Shown piece by piece: positions 58,792-64,000 of a stretch of 64,000 bases of DNA; positions within the stretch are counted from its first letter, which is position 1; every line of letters begins with the position of its first letter. A program made the translations under genes and the position numbers. The notes under the pieces were generated by a model, which worked only from the letters and a program-made list of their open reading frames with translations, searched no databases and had not been told where the DNA came from. The DNA is taken from contig DXJO01000038.1 of NCBI GenBank assembly GCA_019057475.1, positions 59,725 to 123,724 on the forward strand, read 5' to 3'. Source of the stretch: Candidatus Thorarchaeota archaeon. Its GTDB lineage: Archaea > Asgardarchaeota > Thorarchaeia > Thorarchaeales > Thorarchaeaceae.

Positions 58792-58899
58792 GCCCCAGTA
58801 GCTCAGCCAGGTTAGATCGCTTCCTTGGTAAGGAAGAAGCCGCGAGATTCCGCTTTGTTTCAAGGCGGGACGCGAATTCAAATCTCGCCTGGGGCTCCA
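58792..58899 (+). tRNA. tRNA-Thr(GGT) with non-canonical 30-nt intron in the T-arm (53/54; 58847-58876)
   Basis: GCCCCAG/CTGGGGC, CTTCC-TTGGTAA-GGAAG; removing 58847-58876 restores GCGAG-TTCAAAT-CTCGC; BHB CGCG-AG^A / CGCG-AA^T. Confidence 0.9.
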
Positions 58900-58924
58900 T
58901 TTCCTTCTGAAACCGCAGATCATT

Positions 58925-59302
58925 CTAGTCTGAGTTGACAGCCGCGTAATCTCTGATGATACACTCAGTATCGAAACACGTTTCTTTCCTTAATCGCTCG
59001 CTTCGCTTGATTCTCACAAGCGACCTGAAGACCAGGTATCCTCCCACAATGACCAAGGCTGTTATCCCTATGACGAGAGCGACAACGAACGACAACACCG
59101 CGTTCACATCATAGTAGTTTGACGTGGCAATGAGGATTGTCATCAGGGACAGCGGAATCGTGAGAATACCAATCCCCGTACGCAGTTCAGCAAGATACGT
59201 GCGTTTCTCAGCCTCAATGGTCCTTATGATGGCAAGTGTGGTTCTGAGGTTTGGCGGTTGCCCGGGCAATTGCATCTCGGTTTTGTCCTGTATGTCTGTC
59301 AC
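58925..59302 (-). CDS. DUF202-like two-TM membrane protein
   Basis: RT..A.KRTYLA.LRTG followed by two TM helices. Confidence 0.7.
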   Translation of the reverse strand: MTDIQDKTEMQLPGQPPNLRTTLAIIRTIEAEKRTYLAELRTGIGILTIPLSLMTILIATSNYYDVNAVLSFVVALVIGITALVIVGGYLVFRSLVRIKRSERLRKETCFDTECIIRDYAAVNSD

Positions 59303-59332
59303 CTTGCTGGCCTCTTCATTCAGTCTAATCTC

Positions 59333-59575
59333 TCATTGGTCTAGGAGATCGCTATCTGACTCTAGTTCTGCTTTTCGTTTGCGGCGTTTTGCGATGAGTA
59401 GACGCGCTTTCTCTGGACCTACCATCTCGGAGATTCTCTTGAATGCCTCAGGGTCGTCCGCCCTGTCCAACCATTTGTCTATGTCCTTCTGCAGCTCCGG
59501 CGACAGATCCTTTGCGAGCTTCTTTTTTCTGCCCTTTTTATCTAGTCCAAAATCGTCGGGACCTAACAGGCTCAT
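59333..59575 (-). CDS. Small hypothetical protein
   Basis: 80-aa charged helical ORF. Confidence 0.6.
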   Translation of the reverse strand: MSLLGPDDFGLDKKGRKKKLAKDLSPELQKDIDKWLDRADDPEAFKRISEMVGPEKARLLIAKRRKRKAELESDSDLLDQ

Positions 59576-59687
59576 TCTTCATACCCGAAACACTCTATGG
59601 CCTGACTCGTTATGACCTTTCGCATAGTTCGCCACAGTCTTGCTCCGCTATTCTTATAACCGCCTGCGAATGACCACGGAATTACAT

Positions 59688-59795
59688 GGGTCGGTGGTCT
59701 AGCTTGGCAACAGGCCGCCATTGTCGGCGACTTGCCAGATTGATTCTTGGTTTGGGTCCAAGGGATCGCGAGTTCGAATCTCGTCCGGCCCACCA
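59688..59795 (+). tRNA. tRNA-Pro(TGG) with non-canonical ~29-nt intron in the D-loop (~59711-59739)
   Basis: GGGTCGG/CCGGCCC, CTTGG-TTTGGGT-CCAAG, GCGAG-TTCGAAT-CTCGT, CCA; BHB TGGC-AA^C / GCCA-GA^T. Confidence 0.88.
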
Positions 59796-59898
59796 TCCTG
59801 CTTCTCATGTCAATCGCGATAGTAATCAGTGTACTGTCGTGCAATAATTCGACAATAGCCGAAATCCTTATCATTATGTCATTGAGGTTAGCCATTTC

Positions 59899-60624
59899 AT
59901 GGCGGAGCCACTGTCTGTCAGGGATCGATTTGCTCGACGCATAGCTGGAGAAATTGCTCTCTCTGAGCATCCAGGACAGGCAATGCGTGTCTGGAGGAAG
60001 AGATTCCGGCTTCCTCAGGTTGTTCTTTCCAAGTACCTAGGCATCAGTCCGAGTGTGATTAGCGACTACGAATCTGGTAGACGGAAGTCCCCTGGAACTG
60101 CAACAATAAGACGCTTTGTCATGGCTCTGTTGGCTCTAGATGAGCGCAATGGTGGGACTGCGATTTCAGCCTTTGTACGCTTGATGGATGTCAACCTTGT
60201 AGATCTGAACGTTGTTCTTGCCATGAATGAGTTCGCCATAGCCATGAAGGCCAGAGAGTTCTGCAATCGGTTGAAATGTGAGGTCCAATCCGGAGAGGAC
60301 CTTCTTGATCGAAACCTCTATGGCTATACTCTTGTTGATGTTGAACGCGCAATAAAGGAGCTCAGCAGTGAGGCATTCATGAAGCTCTTTGGGGCCACGA
60401 CAGAGCGTTGCCTAGTCTTCACTAATGCAAGCAACGGAAGGGCTCCAATGATTGCCATAAAGACCCAAGAATTCAGGCCCTCACTGGTGGTGTTGCATGG
60501 GGTGGGAGAGATTGATTCCCTGACGATCGAGTTGTCAGAACAGATGCGAATACCCCTTGCAGTGAGCAAGATTACATCCGTGGATGCCCTAGTCAAAGAA
60601 CTCCGTAGCATCACACCTGACTAG
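59899..60624 (+). CDS. Archaeal HTH transcriptional regulator (COG1709-like)
   Basis: RIAGEI.LSE.PG, SPSVISDYESGRRKSPG, LYGYT.VD, GRAPMIAIK. Confidence 0.88.
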   Translation: MAEPLSVRDRFARRIAGEIALSEHPGQAMRVWRKRFRLPQVVLSKYLGISPSVISDYESGRRKSPGTATIRRFVMALLALDERNGGTAISAFVRLMDVNLVDLNVVLAMNEFAIAMKAREFCNRLKCEVQSGEDLLDRNLYGYTLVDVERAIKELSSEAFMKLFGATTERCLVFTNASNGRAPMIAIKTQEFRPSLVVLHGVGEIDSLTIELSEQMRIPLAVSKITSVDALVKELRSITPD

Positions 60625-61535
60625 CTGAGTATCATCTTTAGAATCGCCATTCTGGTGACCACTCCACTGTATACTTGGTCAAAGTACTTCGCTTGCGGTG
60701 TGGCATCAACCTCCGAGTCAATCTCGTCCACTCTTGGAAGCGGATGTAAGATGATGCCATCCTCCGGCATCAATGCCACCTCGTCCAATGATATTCGAAA
60801 CTTGCCCCTTACAGCATCATACTCGCTAATGTCAGGGAATCTCTCTTTCTGTATTCGCGTCATGTAAACGACATCAGCATCCTTCATGGCCTCTTCTACA
60901 CTGTCTACTTCCTTCACCTCCAGCCCTGCCTTCTTCATCTCATTCACTATCGCTGGTTTCATTCGGAGTGTTGGAGGTGCTGCCAACTTGATTTTCACGT
61001 CGTAGTGGGACAAGGCCATACCTAACGAGTGCACAGTGCGTCCATACTTCAAGTCCCCACAGAGTGAAACGGATAGACCATCGATATTACCTTTGAACTT
61101 CTTGATTGAATACATATCGAGGAGCCCTTGTGTGGGATGCTCCTCCGATCCACTTCCTGCATTTATGATGGGTATACTTGAGAACTCTGCAGCAACTCTC
61201 GCTGAGCCATCTAGCGGATGGCGCATCACTATGACATCCGCATAGCGCTCCACGGTACGTATTGTGTCCGCGAGGGTTTCACCTTTACCCCCTGCACTTG
61301 ATACTGCAACATCTGCAAAACCAAGGACGCTTCCTCCAAGCCTTAACATGGCGCTCTCGAACGAGAGGCGGGTGCGTGTCGAGGCCTCGAAGAATAGACA
61401 TGCCATTATTTTTGTGCTTAGCTCTTTGCTTCTCTTGATTGCAACGGACTCCATCGCGGCAGCTTGTTCAAGAATTAACTCGATATCGTCCCGTGCTAAA
61501 TCATGGATGCTGATAAGGTTGCGAAGAGTTCCCAT
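60621..61535 (-). CDS. pyrB: Aspartate carbamoyltransferase catalytic subunit
   Basis: FFEASTRTRLSF, KGETL.DT, HPTQ, GDLKYGRTVHSL, HPLPR. Confidence 0.97.
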   Translation of the reverse strand: MGTLRNLISIHDLARDDIELILEQAAAMESVAIKRSKELSTKIMACLFFEASTRTRLSFESAMLRLGGSVLGFADVAVSSAGGKGETLADTIRTVERYADVIVMRHPLDGSARVAAEFSSIPIINAGSGSEEHPTQGLLDMYSIKKFKGNIDGLSVSLCGDLKYGRTVHSLGMALSHYDVKIKLAAPPTLRMKPAIVNEMKKAGLEVKEVDSVEEAMKDADVVYMTRIQKERFPDISEYDAVRGKFRISLDEVALMPEDGIILHPLPRVDEIDSEVDATPQAKYFDQVYSGVVTRMAILKMILS

Positions 61536-61625
61536 CTCGAGTTACACCTCGGTCATCTGGGATAATAGGCACAAGACCATCACACTTTAAGCTTTCCTGA
61601 TGATTAATCAGTTCTTAGTGGAGTT

Positions 61626-62105
61626 TCATGTTCCAGAGGCCGCTTGTCCAAAATTGCGCCTTACATCGATCTTTCGTACAATCATGTTGGCTTCCTTGAA
61701 GAGCTGAGTTGCTAGCTCATCATCATACTCCTCAATGTAGATTACCTCGTGAATGCCTGCGTTGATCAGCATCTTTGTGCAAATGCTGCAAGGTTTAGTC
61801 GTGACATAGATTTTGGCTCCTTTAACAGAAATCCCGTGGTATGATGCTTGAATGATGGCATTCTGCTCAGCATGAAGCCCTCTACACAACTCGTGCCGTT
61901 CCCCAGACTTGTAGCCCTTCACTTGTCGTATGCATCCCACCTCATCGCAATGAGCAAGCCCCTTTGGCGCACCATTGTATCCCGTGCTGAGGATCTGAGA
62001 TTCCTTTACTATGACGGCACCAACTTGGTTTCTTAGGCATGTGCTCCTTGAGGACACCAAGTCTGCAATCTCAGAGAAGTAGACATCCTTGCTTTTTCTA
62101 ACCAA
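61626..62105 (-). CDS. dCMP deaminase family protein
   Basis: RSTC...VGAVIV, STGYNG, HAEQNAI, PCSIC; start placed at TTG 62105. Confidence 0.92.
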   Translation of the reverse strand: MVRKSKDVYFSEIADLVSSRSTCLRNQVGAVIVKESQILSTGYNGAPKGLAHCDEVGCIRQVKGYKSGERHELCRGLHAEQNAIIQASYHGISVKGAKIYVTTKPCSICTKMLINAGIHEVIYIEEYDDELATQLFKEANMIVRKIDVRRNFGQAASGT

Positions 62106-62268
62106 CAGCAGTTTCGCTCCTATCTTAATCCCAGCGGGCGTGAAACTCGCATTCCTTATGAAGTTCTTTATCCGTCGTGACTGAGTTGAACGACAAAGGT
62201 AAAAAGCGTACCACAAGTCATTGCCACCAATCTCGGGAAAAACCTAGAAGATACGGAAGATTGTCGGC

Positions 62269-62628
62269 ATGAGAAAAAACGACGGAATGGTCATTGTATG
62301 GCCTGCATACCTCGACTCTAAACTCACTCGCACACAGGGTCGGCGTGTTTCCACCAACTTGGCGGCACCGGATGTCACAATCGACATTCTCCAAAAGGCA
62401 GCAGAAATGGCTGGTCTTGAGGCGGAGGCTGCGGCCGACAAGAAGTACCCCCGGGATTGGCAGGGAAATTCTGGTTATCTTCTAGTAGCGAACCCGGATG
62501 GGCACAAGAAGAAGCGACTGCTTCTTATGCTTGCTAAGAGCGTAAGAAGGGTTGTGGCTCGCCGAGAATCAGAACGACAGGCGGCTGCCAAGAAGAAGGG
62601 CAAGAAGCGGAAGGGCGGCAGGAAATAG
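62269..62628 (+). CDS. srp19: Signal recognition particle 19 kDa protein
   Basis: IVWPAYLDS..TR.QGRRV, KKYPR.W. Confidence 0.93.
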   Translation: MRKNDGMVIVWPAYLDSKLTRTQGRRVSTNLAAPDVTIDILQKAAEMAGLEAEAAADKKYPRDWQGNSGYLLVANPDGHKKKRLLLMLAKSVRRVVARRESERQAAAKKKGKKRKGGRK

Positions 62629-62653
62629 CGCTATCAATCATCTGGAGGTTAGA

Positions 62654-62896
62654 TTGAACTTGAGACGACTTGGCAAGGTCATTCACATCTCTAAGAGAGG
62701 GGCTCTCATTCTACGTACCGAGAAGACCCCGCCGTTGGGACATGACGCCATAGTTGTCGATGTGAAGGTGAACAAGGTTGGTACCATTCTCGATGTTTTT
62801 GGTCCTGTGAAGCAGCCGTATGTTGCAATACGTCCATTTCAGAAGAAAAATCTCGAGAAATTCCTCGGACAGGTGCTCTATCTATACAAGAGATGA
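62654..62896 (+). CDS. gar1: H/ACA RNP protein Gar1
   Basis: LGKVIH, VG.I.DVFGPV..PYV; GGAGG RBS upstream. Confidence 0.9.
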   Translation: MNLRRLGKVIHISKRGALILRTEKTPPLGHDAIVVDVKVNKVGTILDVFGPVKQPYVAIRPFQKKNLEKFLGQVLYLYKR

Positions 62897-63028
62897 TGTA
62901 CAAAAGTGTACATTGATGCTTAATCGAATACGACGAAACACGAATTTTTTTGGTATCTTCCGAAATCTACATATCGAACCATGCACAAAGTCTGATGATG
63001 CCATGCGTTAGGCTCAAAGGTATGTACA

Positions 63029-63376
63029 ATGAACGATGTAGTTGACCTAATACTGAGCGCTCTGCGCGCTGCAGGCGACAAGGGTCTTCTCATCGACGAA
63101 CTAGTGACAAACCTCGAAACCAACGCAGAACAAATCGAATCTACAATCGCACAACTGACGTCAGAGGGACTGGTAATGCTAAAACAAGAATTAGACGACA
63201 AGCGATATATTCTCAGTAGTCAAGTGGGCGATGATGTTGAGCTTGGCAGTCTGTCAGATCTCGATGGCTGCCCATGCTTTCACTGTCTGAAAATCGGCAA
63301 GTGTGGAATAAGACAACCTGATTCACCAATCGTGTGTAGGGAATTAGAGGACTGGATGCTCAGCACGGGTTCTTGA
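63029..63376 (+). CDS. TFE-beta / RPC34-like protein (wHTH plus C-terminal Fe-S Cys motif)
   Basis: N-terminal wHTH; CPCFHC....C.......P..C..L..W. Confidence 0.75.
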   Translation: MNDVVDLILSALRAAGDKGLLIDELVTNLETNAEQIESTIAQLTSEGLVMLKQELDDKRYILSSQVGDDVELGSLSDLDGCPCFHCLKIGKCGIRQPDSPIVCRELEDWMLSTGS

Positions 63377-64000
63377 GCGACGGAATTCTTACAGATCTCT
63401 AGTGATTTGAAACACAGAGATGTAAGAAACTTGCAAGACTCTCACAATACATGGGAGTCATCCACATGTGCCTGCATCGAGGGGATCAGTCTGAAAGCCT
63501 CTCTGTGTAGCGTTTCGAACAAACAGGTCCCAGATTGTGTGGGCCTTATCAGTACTGGAGAGCCATTACATACTATGAGAGGACTAGGCAAGTGGGCCAA
63601 TGCTGTTTCACGCAGCACACTCTCGCTCCCGAAAGCCCGAGGGAAGGTCTCTTCTCAAGGGAGGTCCTTACTCTCCATGAAGAGTTGTGTATCGCACTCC
63701 GGGGAGTCCGCGGCTGTTCACCATGCTCAGACGAGCCTTCTCAGTTTCAGTGATGAATCTGGGATGGGTGATAATGACCCCGCCGTGGCAAGAACTGTGA
63801 AGACCATCTCTGTCGCTGGAAGTGATGCACCAGCAGTAGGACAGGAGAAGGAAGCCAGGTCTGTGGAGGGATACCATCTCGATGATGACAGACAAAGCCC
63901 CTGCTGACTCCAGCGGAGAATGGAGGATGGTGACATCTGGCAGGGGAAGGGTGGAACACAGGAGTTTCTTGCAGTTGAGTGTCACTCACATGAAATGTAA

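Noticed and set aside
63902-64000. Possible selenocysteine read-through at TGC-TGA (63902-63907), frame open to 64000
   Set aside because: The ORF resembles no known selenoprotein family and no SECIS can be assessed inside the window.

Overview
Archaeal chromosomal segment, most consistent with an Asgard archaeon (Thorarchaeia-like). This placement is inferred from gene content, not from a search: S30e, a C34/TFE-beta-like protein, long Lsm, CdrS-FtsZ, an HdrA-MvhD fusion, Mch and DUF1512. Most of the window is core information-processing and redox genes: the S6e-aIF2g-PIN-RpoE'-Spt4-S24e-S27ae operon, pelota, DnaG, fibrillarin/Nop5, Elp3, L3-L4-L23-L2, FtsZ, SRP19, Gar1, Hdr/AOR, and pyrD/K/B. 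It also holds a lone 5S rRNA and five tRNAs that all carry introns (iMet, Trp and Ser at 37/38; Thr in the T-arm; Pro in the D-loop). Two integrase-free accessory regions sit at tRNA 3' ends. (1) Downstream of tRNA-iMet, three degenerate copies of the tRNA 3' end each delimit exactly one gene, like a cassette array; the outermost copy is an intron-less 57-nt pseudo-tRNA. (2) Downstream of tRNA-Ser is a 2.2-kb att-bounded island encoding a PD-(D/E)XK nuclease-like protein and an HTH-HTH-HNH-HNH protein. Also notable are an unexplained ~250-300 nt structured intergenic RNA candidate next to dnaG, a wHTH/NDT-like divergent pair with tandem palindromic operators, and a protease-less Lon ATPase next to pelota.
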